The notes beneath the pieces were generated by a model. It had not been told where the DNA came from. It was given only the letters and a program-made list of their open reading frames with translations, and did no database searches. DNA of 62,607 bases, filler included, from Platydemus manokwari (lineage: Eukaryota): NCBI GenBank assembly GCA_037951405.1. It is 5 parts of 5 records of this genome, joined end to end, with 100 filler letters (N's around TTAATTAATTAA, not from the genome) between each part and the next. Parts side by side here need not be neighbours in the genome. Positions count along the whole stretch, not along the records: positions 10,126 to 23,950 come from JBBMOY011605852.1; positions 24,051 to 33,609 come from JBBMOY011232430.1; positions 33,710 to 52,393 come from JBBMOY010222228.1; 2 more parts are not named here. One strand, 5' to 3'. Positions 22,637-36,517 of the stretch are shown in pieces. Positions within the stretch are counted from its first letter, which is position 1; the number at the start of each line of letters is the position of its first letter. The position numbers were made by a program, and so were the translations under genes.

Positions 22637-25600
22637 CTGAAACATAAATATCATATGATCAATGAATAAAACGCCAGAGCAGCATTTTTATGACATTAAC
22701 AAATTTAATTAAATAAAACTAAAATATTTGTCATAGATATTTCTGATTTACCAACACATCGGTTGATATGGTAACCCTGAAACCACATGCCGTCATTAAA
22801 ATTATAAACAAATTCGATCTGTTGTCTATAGTCGTCTTATAATACATTATCATCACGATTTATATATTTAACTAATCATTATGGAAATATCAACTCTACA
22901 CAATAAACTATTCAAATTAAAGGCAGTTTGGATAAACCAATGATGATTATTCGTCATTTAAACAAATAATTCTATGATGCCTGACATGACATGACATAAC
23001 TTGAAGATTGTGAAAATAAATAGTAAATTTATTAGCTTATATAATAGTTTAATCTAAATTGGTAATCGTCTAACGAACTGTTAAACATATCTTATTTGAT
23101 AGCTGTCAACATATACTCAATCAAATGACAGCAAATTTAAATTTAAACTTTAATTTAGTTTAGATTTCAACAATAGAATTTAGCAATAATATGTGGAATC
23201 ACTAATTTTTAAGAAAAATTAAAACAAAAGGTTATTTCTACCGATTGAAGATGGATTTTCGATATTTAAACACTAATGAACAAGATGTTTACATTTGATT
23301 GGTAAAAACAAATTAAATAAAACTTAATAAGTCTGTAACAGTCATCACTGTAAAATCTATTTTCAGCGTATAAATAAAACAGTATCGATTCTACGAATAC
23401 AGATATCTATAAATAATTAAATTTATAAGCAAACAATTTTCATTTTACAACTACTCTGTCAATAAAATTAATTTTAGAATAAATCTATTTATTTTCACAC
23501 TGATATTGATTTATAAAATAATTTCGAATGACTACAATCCACTTAAGTCTCATAAAGAACACGTCACGTGTCATGACAACAGATTTCAACCAATCAAATA
23601 CTTGGATATAATATTTGTACATTACACTGCAATATAATTCTGCCAGTGATAAGCTCGGAAAAATATTAGACCTGATTTTCAAAGGATTTTAATCGAATCA
23701 AAACTTGAAGTAATTAAGTGATATTATGCTATATGATAGTGTTGTTTGATAAAATCGATAAAATGACAATATTCACAATAATACTAATAATAATAATAGA
23801 TGGTAATAATATTTTTATAATGGCAAATAACTATTAATTAAAATGACCAATAAAATTATTAGAAGAACAATAAATCGTTAATAACAAACAATTATAATAA
23901 TTATTATCATAATATATAATTATTAATAATTTCTTATGTTTCTAAATAAANNNNNNNNNNNNNNNNNNNNNNNNNNNNNNNNNNNNNNNNNNNNTTAATT
24001 AATTAANNNNNNNNNNNNNNNNNNNNNNNNNNNNNNNNNNNNNNNNNNNNAACAGTCAAAAAATCAATAAAATTTATTAATTGATTGAAAGAAGTTAAAT
24101 CTGAATCAGATGAACATTTACAAAGAAGACCCAACTGAATAGATTGGATTATATTAAAAGAAAAATATTTTTAAAAAAAATTTTCTTATTTGTTGTTATC
24201 AGATTATTATGAAATCAATAATAATTATTGACAAATCAAGAAAACGTTACTTTATTCTTATTCTCATCATTTATCATATATTGATTTGTTTATATCTATT
24301 ATAGTTAATAATCAATAAATATTTGTACAACTTGATTCGGTGGTTTTTGTTGGATATTTGTTGACAGATCAATTAATTATGAACTCTCATCATTTCATTC
24401 ATCAAAACTAATTCCGGAGCAAGGAACTGTCAAGTTCATAAAGTACATTTATGAAATATATTTCTTGTTTATTCATTTCAATTTATAGAAAGGATTTGCG
24501 ATAAATTGTTTGAAATTTGTTGTTTTGTTTTGTTTATGTCTTTCAAGGCTTTCGATTTGCTTTTGCCTTGTTTACATCATCCAAGCTGGTACTTATTCAA
24601 TACAATGAACTTACAAGACCTTTCAATTTATCAGAAAAAGTCCATCAATCCATAATTTACAATCTAATATCGATTTTTCTAATTAAGTTAATTATAGTTG
24701 GTGATGTAAGCCTCTACTATTTAATAAAGAACCCATTGGAACCTAACTAGTCACGACACAAATTTAGATACTTATTTAGATACAATTATTTAAACAAAAT
24801 AATGTATTTTTATTCGATTAATATAATTTCGTATGTAAATGTCTCCAATATTCATAGGATGATTATCACACGTCTCTAACGTTTTCAAGAAGTACATACG
24901 AGCGGCAATGGAACCGGTAGAAAGAGAACAATATGAACGGATAACCAAAACAATAAAAATAATTAAAAAAAATTGTTCTTTGTCATTTTTTGGCATGGCT
25001 CCAATTTTTCGAGTAGAACTGAAAAAATCTTTTCGCAAATCATGATTTTTTGAAGGATCGCTGGGATAGGAAATAATTATTGGATCAAATCATACATGAA
25101 ATCGACTCGTTGAAGGTCATCAAGTCTGTATTTCATGCACGAATATGATTTGGAAAGTCGATTTTTTGAATGCTTTAATTTCCCTCTTCAAGTTGTAAGT
25201 TTAATGATTAATGCCGATTTTGGGATCGCAGAGCAAAATTAAAGGTGATAAAGTAGAACTCTGTACTGATTTTAATTAGATCGAGTCGTAATCAATCAAG
25301 AGAGAGAAATCGCATTTGTAAGCTGGCGCTCTATTTGACCGTATATTAATCTAGACTGACTGATATCACACGATGAATGGAGAGGTCTTTGGTGGATGTG
25401 CGATTCGTGGGAATATATATCCGGCTGTTTCTTATCGTTTTTCTAGCCTTAATATCTACTACACCGCTGTTAGTTGACATTTTATCGCACGCTCGCTCCT
25501 CGGTCTGCTTCATCTCTGTCAACAATTCTACGTATGTGAATAAACATCGACCCTATCGGAATAGTGCGAGAGGCTGAGCTTCGGAGTGGAATGAGAAAAT

Positions 25601-28600
25601 ATCATTTTCACAAAACTGATAGCGAAACGGGAAAAATCAGTGATCTGTGAATGTTCTATTAAACAGAATCAATAAATTATCACCACCGCATCTTTTCTTC
25701 GAAAATACATAGCTATAAAATGTCAGATGTTCATGTTTTCGAGAATTGATCTTGGAGTCGATGCGATGGGTACGCGATAGGATGCATTGGGATGCGATGG
25801 GTAACAATCGGATCATTCTTCATCAATACATCACATTATCAACCCATTTAATTAGCAGGGGGATCTGTCAAAATCTCATCCCAGCTGTGCCAGATGTGTA
25901 CAGTGGATATTTGGATAGCTCACCACTTAATTTTCGCGCAAATTGGGCGAACCTCTAAATGTCAGCACATCTAATTACTGTATTGGCCCACTCAATGGAT
26001 TGCCAAAACATGATATTATTAAAGCATCTATCAAGCTTCGGCGCCCTTGCCATGTTTCAGATAGATTTATTCGATTTTGTTAATTCATCGATAATTGATT
26101 TTCGCTTCATTTTGCAAGCTGCTGACATTGCTTCAAGTCGGCAATGCATGTCAGGAGTTAAATCACCCCTCACAATCAAGTAAGCCAATCATAAACATTT
26201 CAATGTAACGGATATCGATTAGAAAGTGTGGTGTGTATGTGCACACACACACATATCTGTAACTAACGAATTTGTCGTATTAGCTCAAACCAAACGATCA
26301 ATATCGATTTAGTGGTTTCCAATAGATTTCAGAAGTCTTTTGAATAAATCGTGAAGAATTCAAAAAATACAAAAAGATTATTCAAGCATTCGGATTCCAG
26401 TTGTTCTGGAAACACAAATATCAGAATCTTGAACCTTTTAAATGACATTCAGATTTTTGTACCTCGGAATTTGGCCTCCTTATAAACTAAATACGTCATT
26501 TCTATTCAAGTTGTGACATCTCAGGACCTTATTGTATTAAAATCCACATCTTCTATTTGGACAGAGACAAAATGTTAAAATTTCACAATCATTCGAGGAG
26601 TTTTATTCCGTTTTTCTCTCTTTTATAATTCATCGTTTAGTTTTATGAATTCATGTTATGATAGGATATCTCACACACCAGTCCGCTTTGTCAAATCACA
26701 TGGAAATTCATCTTAAATTTTATATAAATGTTTTGTCATCATCAGCTAAAGATTATCAGTCATAGGCTCAGTGTTCGACAAACCCGTGATCGAATTCCTA
26801 ATCACAGACTGCCTTTATCTGAAGCACTGATAGTCTGTAATCAATTAGATCATCGTTGGTCAATATTAGAAATTTCGTTGCTTACCCCGCAATCTCTGCG
26901 AGCTTAAGATAGGCTTCGTCGCTTTTTTATACCTTTTCGTATTTCATTAATATCTCGATATTTATGGAAGATTCGATTGATTTTTATTTCTATTAAATTA
27001 TCATCCTTAGCTTATGAAATGATTTTATAAATATTTCGAGGAAATGAATCGAATGTCGATCTATCTTATAAATGGCAACCAAATCGACTATGCTGCTTAA
27101 GTTCTCTATCCAAGCTCCCTTTCATTTCAACATCTATAACACACGCCACAATAGTTCGAAAAATAACAGAAACCTTAAAATAGATTCGATGTATATATTT
27201 TTTTATTCTCGCATAGATCGATTATCTTTTGTTTTACTATTGAATGACTGAATGATTTGTTTTCATCATTGTTCCAAGATGTTTTTTGGTCCTTACTAAA
27301 TAAAGAATCTTTTTCTGCACGAGATAATATAATTCTTTTAAGCATACCAAAATGATAGGAGTGAGACTTGTCATATTTTCAAGCTTAAATCTTGCACGCG
27401 TTCAAGAGTACAAAACTACTATTCTACTCGACATTTTAATGATAATTTTGAAGCTTGAGCCATTTAATAATCCGCTGTTTCCATCAATAATTTCTTGACG
27501 TATGGTAAAAATCTTATTTAGGATTTTTTGTTCAATGAAATATTGATGTCATCGGTAATACACGAAAAATGCTGTTAACGTTTATGATGTGCTTGTATAA
27601 TTAAAGGTTCCATTTTGTTTTGACGATTCAAACAATAGAATTTATTATGTATGGAGACGCAGAGCACAGAACTCTATTTGTCAATGAAAAAAGAAAAGAA
27701 AAGATTGATTAATAAAGTGGTTTCGTCTCACTCGAAAATCGTTTGAGATATATTTTACAGACTTGCACAAATTTACACAAAACTAATTAATCTCTGAACA
27801 GGTACAATAGAACATTCCGCCTGGCGACTTGAGTTCTTTGACTTTTCATCACTATCGTACTTTTATTTTGGTGGCATAACTATTGTCTTATTAGCAAACG
27901 ATTATCTATGAATGATATCCTTTCAAACAAAAATAAAGGCCAACTACAGAATTCGAAATAAAACATCTTTCGAATAATTCATTTACCCTCTTAGATTTAT
28001 ATTTTATATTTTATAAATAATTGCTTGAACCTATTGGCAAAAGCTTCAGGATTTATTAAGCCACGATATCACAAGTTCTGTGACTGTTACCCTTGGCACG
28101 ACTTTGTAGGTTGTTTCTTTCTAAAGATGGATCACTATCTTTGAATTACGTAAGATCGACAATGAAGTTAATTAGTCTCATGAAATGTTAGTAGAACATA
28201 TTAGTATAACATACTCACTGATTCCAAGAATTGAATGGCAATAACAAACTAATTTTAGACCAAAGACTTTATATAGAATATCTGTGTAAAAATCAGGTGG
28301 TAGGAATTTTTGTAGCCTTAAATGGAAAGTTGTGATAAACTTTCTTCATGGTTTCGCCGTAAGTAGTCCAATTGAAATACTTTTACGCTTTTAGTAGCTA
28401 CAAGTCAGAAAGTAATAATGAAATCCTGATACGGTCTCAGTACTCAAAAACATTAAAGAGCTTGTAGATGTAGCTATGGCAACGGATTCTACTGCAGAAC
28501 ACTCAATTTAGAAAGGGATACCAATGAACGTGAAGCTTGACTCTGTCAACGTGATAAGCATCGAAAATACATAATTGGATCAAAGTGTTGTCAAAGCTAT

Positions 28601-29234
28601 TATTGTAAATAATTTGATTGACGTGAAACGCTCTTAGACACCATCACGGCCATATTAAATTTTTAGATAAATCTATAAAAGGATAGGAATGTCTTAGCCT
28701 TTTAAATGTGACCTCAATTTTTAATGAAACCCTTACAAATAAGATTTGATGGTCATTATGTGATAAACCTAATTATAATCGATATTATTCAAAGTTATCT
28801 TTAGTTGATCCATTTTACGAAACCCTTACAAACACTGGTACAACAGTGTATAAAAGCGAAATCGATCCTATTATCGAATTGGCAAAATAATCAAGTTTTA
28901 GGAAATTTTGGAAAGCAATCGTCCAATCTGTGTTTGTTTCGTCAATAATATGATATCCAATCAATAAGAAATAAATCTTATATCAAGTGATGATAGTAAT
29001 ATCATTATAAAAACAATGAATACAAACATGGGTAGATAGTATTACACATAGGAACAAATACAAGTAGTCTACTCCGATATTAATCTTTGGATTAATATGG
29101 GATATTTATTTCAAATCTGTAATCTCATTGGTTAGTTAATTGACCAATCAGGTGATAGAGTAAAATTACTTTATCAATTTTTCGATTCCAACATCTCTCA
29201 GAAAATACAATTTTAATGTAATTAATTCAATTTC

Positions 29235-31803
29235 ATGGAATCGTTGATCAACATTTTCCCGCCAATTTTCTTTCTGTTGTCCTATTTGTCATTGGTTTTC
29301 TCGAAAGCGATTTCTCTCGATTTCCATGTGAAGGAACATTCTGAGATTGGACTTTTAATTGGTAATTTGTTGGATATTTATCGCATTCGTAATCCAAATC
29401 TTCAACATTCCGACAATTTGAATTTCCAATTGATGAAGCAAAACGATTTTATATCTCTCGACAATGGCAAATTGATTGTGAAAAGTGATATCGATGTGGA
29501 ACGAATCTGTGTCAAGGTCAATCAATGTTGTTGTATCGATCTGTTGGTTCTCATCAACCCATTGCTAGCTCAGAAGGATTATTTTGCGATTCGAGTCAAC
29601 ATCGATGATATCAATGACTATCCTCCATCATGGGCCGAACCGAGAATCTTTCTCAATATTCCAGAACACACCAAAATCGGTTCCAAATATCATCTACCTC
29701 TTGCTAGAGATCCAGATTTATTACCGAAAAATTCCATCTCAAAATACACATTAAAATATTTGAACAAATCACAGCAAAAGATATTCAGTATTGATTATAG
29801 TCCATTTCTACAACGGTTGCCATGGAATCAATTACAAATTCGAGTTGATTCCGATATCGATCGAGAAACAATGGACAAAGTGGAATTGATTTTAATTGCT
29901 GAAGATTCTGGTACACCACCATTATCTGGATCGACATCACTCATCATAACCATTACCGATATTAACGACAACCCACCATATTTTGAAAAACCACCGTCAG
30001 AGATATTCATCAAAGAAAACAATAATATTAACCAATTCCTTTGTCAGATTGTTGCCAAAGATCAAGATTCATCTGATGTTGATAAATTGTCATATTCATT
30101 CGGATATTCCATGACCAACGAGGAAAAATCCAAATTCTTCATCAATCCTAAAAATGGTAAACTCTTCGTCAAACAAGTGATCGATTACGATCTCGATCAG
30201 AACGTATATAATCTTCCGATTCAAGTTACCGATGGATCGAATGTCGCTGAAATCACTGTGATTGTGAAAGTTCAAAATGAGAACGACAATCCACCAATCA
30301 TATCGATTCTACCTCTTGTTAATAATTCTAATAATGTTTTGTTTGTGGAAGAAAATATTTTGGAAGATCGAACGATTGCGACGTTGCTAACAGAGGATCT
30401 CGATAATCGATCTACGATTATCTCGTGCAGTTGCAATGCAGACGGATACAAATTATTGAGATTGGACTCAGACATATCGACAACTACAAAATATACAGTA
30501 CTGTTAATAAAACCTTTGGATCGAGAATCGAATGAATTTGTACAGGCAGCGATTACATGTCATGATGATGGGTATCCACAACAGACGACAGTAAAATTAT
30601 TAAAGATTCGGGTTATTGATCGAAATGATTGTACTCCTCGATTTCCCAGTTCGATCGCCACAGTATATATCGAAGAAGGACTGCCGATTGAGACCTTTGT
30701 GATAAAATTAAATGCAACAGACTGTGATGCTGGAATTAATTCACAGCTGGTATACAAGACCGATCATACATCGTTCATTATCGATGAATACTCGGGAGTT
30801 CTCAAAACAAATGCCGTTTTTGATCGAGAAAAAATCGAAGAACACAAAGTGGAAGTGACTGTTTATGACCGAAAAAATATGATTGACCTCGAACCGGTAG
30901 ATAAGGTGTTATCGAGTATGACCACAGTGAGAATATTGATAAAGGATATCAATGATTGCGCTCCAGTTTTTAAAAAACATTTTTATGAATTCTCCGTATT
31001 TGAAGGTAGTCCATCCAGGACATATATTGGATCAGTCTCGGCAAGTGATGCTGATATTGAGATGATTAACCGACAGATATCATATGCAATGGTCATCAAA
31101 CCATACGAAAAACGAAATTATATAGCGAAAATGTATTTCAATGTTGCCCCAGATGGGAGAATTTATACAACAAAGGATGCTTTGGATCGTGAAACCTGTG
31201 ACACGTATTCTTTCTCCGTTGAAGCATGGGACAGTGGTCCCATGACCCATAGAGTCTCTGTTGATGTAGTCATTAAAATTGATGATGTAAATGATAACTA
31301 TCCTCAATGGGTGCATCCTTCTGACGTTGGATTGTCATTGAATGTTAGTCGAGACGAAACTGTTGGTAGATTGATATCCGTACTCAGGGCTACTGATGCA
31401 GATACAGGATCCAATTCTATCCTTAACTATGACATTATTCAAGGAAACGAATATGAAATCTTCAGACTTAGCCAGAAATCAGGCTCGTTGTATCTAATGA
31501 AGCAACCCATCAGTAGTACTCCGGAAATCATCAGATTGTTAATAAAAGTTTCCGATAACGGCAAGCATCCATTGTCCAATACGACTACAGTGAGGATATA
31601 TTTTCTCCCAGAACTTGTTAAACCATTTTCGGATAATCGCTTCTTCGAAAAGGATCTCGTTGTGATGATTTGCATGATAACTGTTACTCTCATCGTATCT
31701 GCAATTCTCGTTGTAGCTATTGTACTTCTGAAATGTAAACACTGCTACAGAAATCCTCCAATGAAATACGAGTCCAAAAATTATCGACAAGGTCATCCGG
31801 ATG
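29235..31803 (+). CDS. PCDH: Protocadherin (7 cadherin repeats + TM, delta1-like), large first coding exon; unspliced ORF runs to 31826
   Basis: 863-aa ORF with a signal peptide and EC1 containing DVERIC..CC. Six linkers (DINDYPP, DINDNPP, NENDNPP, DRNDCTP, DINDCAP, DVNDNYP) define 7 ECs, with DRE/DYD and AxDxD motifs. TM is LVVMICMITVTLIVSAILVVAIVLL. Phase-1 donor G|GTAAAA at 31803/31804. Confidence 0.96.
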
Positions 31804-32938
31804 GTAAAAATTTTATTAAATTATAAAATTCAGATATTTTATCGAAAGTCGGAAGTTCAGTAGGTTGTCTGTGACATTATTTTGAGTCATTCAAAGGGAC
31901 AGATTGATATAAAACCAAATTACAATTAAAGCGGTCAGTACTTTCAAGTAATACAAGTAACCCACTGATCTGTGTATTTGAGATCTTAACGGATATTTAT
32001 GAGTAGAAATGATTACGAAACTGGTCCAATGACTGACATTCTCAATGGATCAAAACCCAAATCCTTGTAATACTTAAGGACATCTTTCTAATAGTTATTT
32101 TGATATTTTATATCACACAATTAATGTGAGAATTTTTATGCGAATTAAAATTAAAAGGATTGATACTCGGATATTGATTCTGAATATGTCTATCGATTTT
32201 ATTTGGTTAAATACGCTACGCTTTTGTGTGTTCTGATTTTTCAATTCGATTTCAATCTGTGCTTCATAAAATGTTAGTGACTTACCCTTAATATCTATCA
32301 ATTCAGCCGTAAATAAATCAGAAACCATTAGGAAATCAATAATAAAAACCAACTATGGAAATGCAACAGAATAAAGCCCGTGCACCGATAACCGCTCATT
32401 TTACTATTTCATTTCTTTCTTGTTTGTTTTTTTGCTTTACTTTTATATTCACAACATCGAACGCGTTACAGAATGTATACTTGATAGGCTAATATATATT
32501 CTTTATCATGATATCCTTTACAATCTCATGATATCAAACATCGGTGATGGATTGGTGATTACCTAAAATGATCGAAAAGAAAGAAATTATCCATGTTACA
32601 GTATGTAATCCAATATTAGATAATTATTTATTGATATATCAGAGTCAGAAATTAATTACGTAATATGATCTTGGAAACATTGATTAGAGATGGAAAATGT
32701 TTGACTCGAAGTACATTTTGTTTCTTATACTTCTATGGTTGACATTTGCATGAATAATTCATCATTGTTTCTGTCTATTTTCGGGATCAATAAAATAATT
32801 ATTCTCATATTATTATCAAACATTACTTTGTGCCTTGATTGATGAAAATGAAAAACAGCTCGTAAAATTCTCGAAAAAGATATCCAAATATTTGTTTATA
32901 TTAATTCCTGAAACCGAATTAAATCGTATTTTTCTCAG

Positions 32939-33226
32939 GACAGTCTTCGCCAACAGCATCAGAGATGTTGACCAGTGGAGTAAAGATCTCACCAGACATC
33001 CCTTTATATCACAATCAACTATATCATCCGAACAGATTAATTTATGAATCACCATCAGGCTTGAATAGCTTTCAACCAATCAGGAAACCCGATAGTTTAC
33101 CTCTTTATTATACATTGACCCCGAAACGTCCAATATCTGATGGAATGGCTGACATATCATCGAATTATGTGAAGAAACCCATTCATAATATTTATGAATT
33201 TCAACGTCATTATGCTTTGGCTCAAG
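32939..33226 (+). CDS. Protocadherin cytoplasmic exon 2 (reads through to a stop at 33276 if unspliced)
   Basis: Acceptor ttttctcag, phase 1, in frame with the 32965-33276 ORF. Phase-1 donor CAAG|GTGAGC at 33226/33227. Confidence 0.75.
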
Positions 33227-34343
33227 GTGAGCAAGTTTATGATTATGAATTTGGTAATGATAATCATTTGTTTTAATTTACAAACGCTTCTATCTTGATT
33301 CTCTTAATATGTTGGTGCAATCAATAATTTTTGTGCTCACTTGTTTACCTGGACACTGGTGAAACAAAGCTTTTTTCATTTTCTAGTAGAAGCAGATGCG
33401 TTGTTTTAATTATCATATCGAAAGAATTAGACATCAATTATATTATTATTAATATCATTATTGTTGTTGTTATTATTGTGAGATGGTTGGTGTAAAAGTC
33501 CTCAAATGAATCACAGAGTTTCCGTTATAGGATTGGCCAGTATTGATATAATCTTTCAATACATTATTATTATCATTGTTATTATCATTATTATGATTAT
33601 GATTATTATNNNNNNNNNNNNNNNNNNNNNNNNNNNNNNNNNNNNNNNNNNNNTTAATTAATTAANNNNNNNNNNNNNNNNNNNNNNNNNNNNNNNNNNN
33701 NNNNNNNNNATACCGATAAAAAATATTGATTTTCAAGAACCAAGTTTAAAATTATTTTAATATTAATTGGATTGTTTTGCTTTGGGGAAATGATTGCTCG
33801 ATAAATAGCAAATTTATATCTGTGAAATAATGGTATGGAATCATTACTTTCCTATTTTTATTCTGCAAGTCTACATATTTAAAAATTTAAATCAATATTT
33901 CTCTGTTGGTAGGAATGAGGAAACTTTTATTGAATTCTAGTACAAGATAATTGAGATTTTTTGTCAATATTTCGAGAAACCTAGAAAAAATTGGAGAACT
34001 ATTCGATTATTAAAAAAAATAGAAATTCTCAATGTTAAAGCTTCCGAAATTTTTTGCATTTTTTTCATTGATAAAATCTTGTTCTTGCAATAAGCTTTCG
34101 GAATAGAAGTGTTATAATCCATTGACAGAGATTTACCAACCAATACATTATCCATGTCTCATTAATATCCTGGATTTGCAACATTATGCTGCTGATTATT
34201 TGATGTATAACTCTCATAATAACTTCAAATATCTTAATTTTACTAAAAAGCTTGCTTACATATTCTGAGCATACTTTTTTATCTTTAATGGAATAATTCC
34301 ACCAATATTAATTTATTTTAAATAATCGTTATATGGCTTACAG

Positions 34344-34576
34344 ACAATCTCAACTGCCTCACTAGCAAATATGCCATTTGTGAATCATCGACAACACTCA
34401 ATTCAGTCAGCACCATATTAGCACAATCGATAGACCTTGATCACAAACCTCAGAAATCCGTCAAAGCACGCAGTGCATCCAGAAACAAATCACCTGTCAA
34501 TTACAATATTACGGGATCATACAATGTGGATAAGTGCGCAACACTGGGACGGATAAGATCACAGAGCACAGATAAG
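34344..34576 (+). CDS. Probable protocadherin cytoplasmic exon 3
   Basis: Acceptor cttacag (phase 1), 77 open codons (NLNCLTSKY...CATLGRIRSQSTDK), donor AAG|GTAAAT (phase 0). GC is above the flanks. Confidence 0.65.
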
Positions 34577-35928
34577 GTAAATTCAGAATTGAAATTAACA
34601 TCTGCACCTGATGTAATGAGACAACTAAAAAAATATTTATCGCTAATTATATAAATCTGGATATAATTATATTAAATTCGGTTAGTAATCTGGTAGTTTT
34701 CCGGATACTTTCGTTCTACACGAATTGCTTGATCGCCAAATTGGTTTTGTGGTCATTTTAATGTGAAATCTAACAGTTCCTGGAAGCCTCTACTTTCTTC
34801 GTATCTTTACTTATGTACACGTCTATCCTGATTGCCTTATTTTCACGACTCAGCTACTAGCATACGTTGGCTGCTTGTTTTTAAAAGAATTCATTTTCAA
34901 GCCACGTAACTCAAATTCAAAATACCAAATAAAAGGGAGCACAATGCGAAATGATTAGTGGGTGTAAAACAATTATTCTTTTCCTAATTGTTGGAAAATG
35001 AGATGCTCGTTTTATGTCGATGTTTGTAATTAATTTGTCGACAATTGACTGTGTCCAGTATTCATGTAAAAGAGAAATTACAAAATATTTAATGTGGATT
35101 CAGACATAAATTACCAAAGTTTTGTGAAAAAAGATTTAATCTAAACATGCACAGCAATACTACATCGATATCTGGTTTCTAATATTAATATTTGAAGTTT
35201 ATTTTCTAAAAATTTATAATATCCTTGTAATGACTTATCATCACACTTAATAATTGGTTCTTTTACGGAGATTTCTCAAATGAAAATCAATATAATCCTC
35301 ATCAGAAATTTATAGGAACAAAACTAATCTGTTAGACAGACTGTTTTGGCATTACAAGTCATTCATTGAGATTTCTAATCGTTCTACAATTGCTATAAAA
35401 GACTAATTCTTGCTTTAAGAAAATCATCTGTTTCTCTCACTGTTGACAAGTCCTTTTCAAGTCATTTGATCTTTGTTCTTATATGCCATTGATATGTTAG
35501 CATTTATTGAAAAAAATATCTACCTTGCAGTTAAGTTTTTATTTGAAAATCATTGATTTGACTTTTGGAAAATTTTATTTCCTGTGAAGTCAATTGAGAG
35601 TCAAAATTCATTCTAATCGATCACCAATTTGCAAACAAAGCTTAACAAATCAATTATTCGTTACCAATCTTACTGGCAATACTAACGATAGTCCATTTTA
35701 TAATTATTTCGATAGAACATTTGATAATTCGCTCATTGGTTCATTTTAATTTGCAGCCATTTCACAGCATTAACTCATATCGGTTCTTATTTAAGCCTAA
35801 CGAATCTCTTCTAATTGAATTTCGGATTTGTATCACCTTATTATTAGTTAAAATTATCAATGAATGTTGGATAAACCTTTGATTATACTATTTATATTGA
35901 TGATTATTATATATGACTACGAAACGTT

Positions 35929-36517
35929 GGCTAAAATTAAGAAAAGGAGTCTTTAAATAAATTTTTCATTTATTGACTTTATTGCAAAATTCTAAATAGT
36001 TTATTTAATTATATTCTTTAAAAACATTTTGAATTTTTTATTGAAGTATTTAAAAATAATTTTAGTTATTTGAAATCAAATATTAAATAAACTAGAGCTT
36101 CAATATCTCCTGGAATTTAATTATTTAAACAAGGGCTCAAATTAGGTCGAATTGTAATTTATTGAAAATTATTGAGGACTCCATTTTAAACATTTAGGGC
36201 AAATTGAGATTTTATTCAAATTTTTAAAATTATTTTATAAAAATAAGCAATGATATTATTAAATATGTTTGCAATTAACTAATTCCATTTATAGTTAAGA
36301 AATTTAAATTTAAAACTCAAATAATCATATAGAAGTGTTGTGATTAGAATGGGAACTTGGTTTTAAAACTATGTTTTGTCCTTAATAGACATCTTAAAAG
36401 TGAGATATTAACTGAATTATACGAATAAATCAAATATAGCAATTATAAATGAAATTGTGATTAAATTATCTCATGCGCGAAAATTCATCATAATTAAAGT
36501 AGGTCAAAGGACCCCTT
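35929..36517 (+). mobile_element. Second copy (right end eroded) of the 600-bp TIR element at 54873-55472
   Basis: Long collinear similarity, e.g. gtgattagaatgggaacttggttttaaaactatgttttgtcctta and aaattatctcatgcgcgaaa in both copies. Confidence 0.9.

Noticed and set aside
28150-28650. Possible Helitron/PIF1 helicase relic
   Set aside because: There is only a vague resemblance and no intact diagnostic motif.
29828-31796. Several minus-strand ORFs overlapping the protocadherin
   Set aside because: They are antisense shadows of a long coding exon with no independent evidence.
31804-32066. 30-nt intron and a small exon (NDYETGPMTDILNGSKPKS) in the protocadherin
   Set aside because: The phases do not join the flanking exons without early stops, and supported introns here are at least 43 nt.
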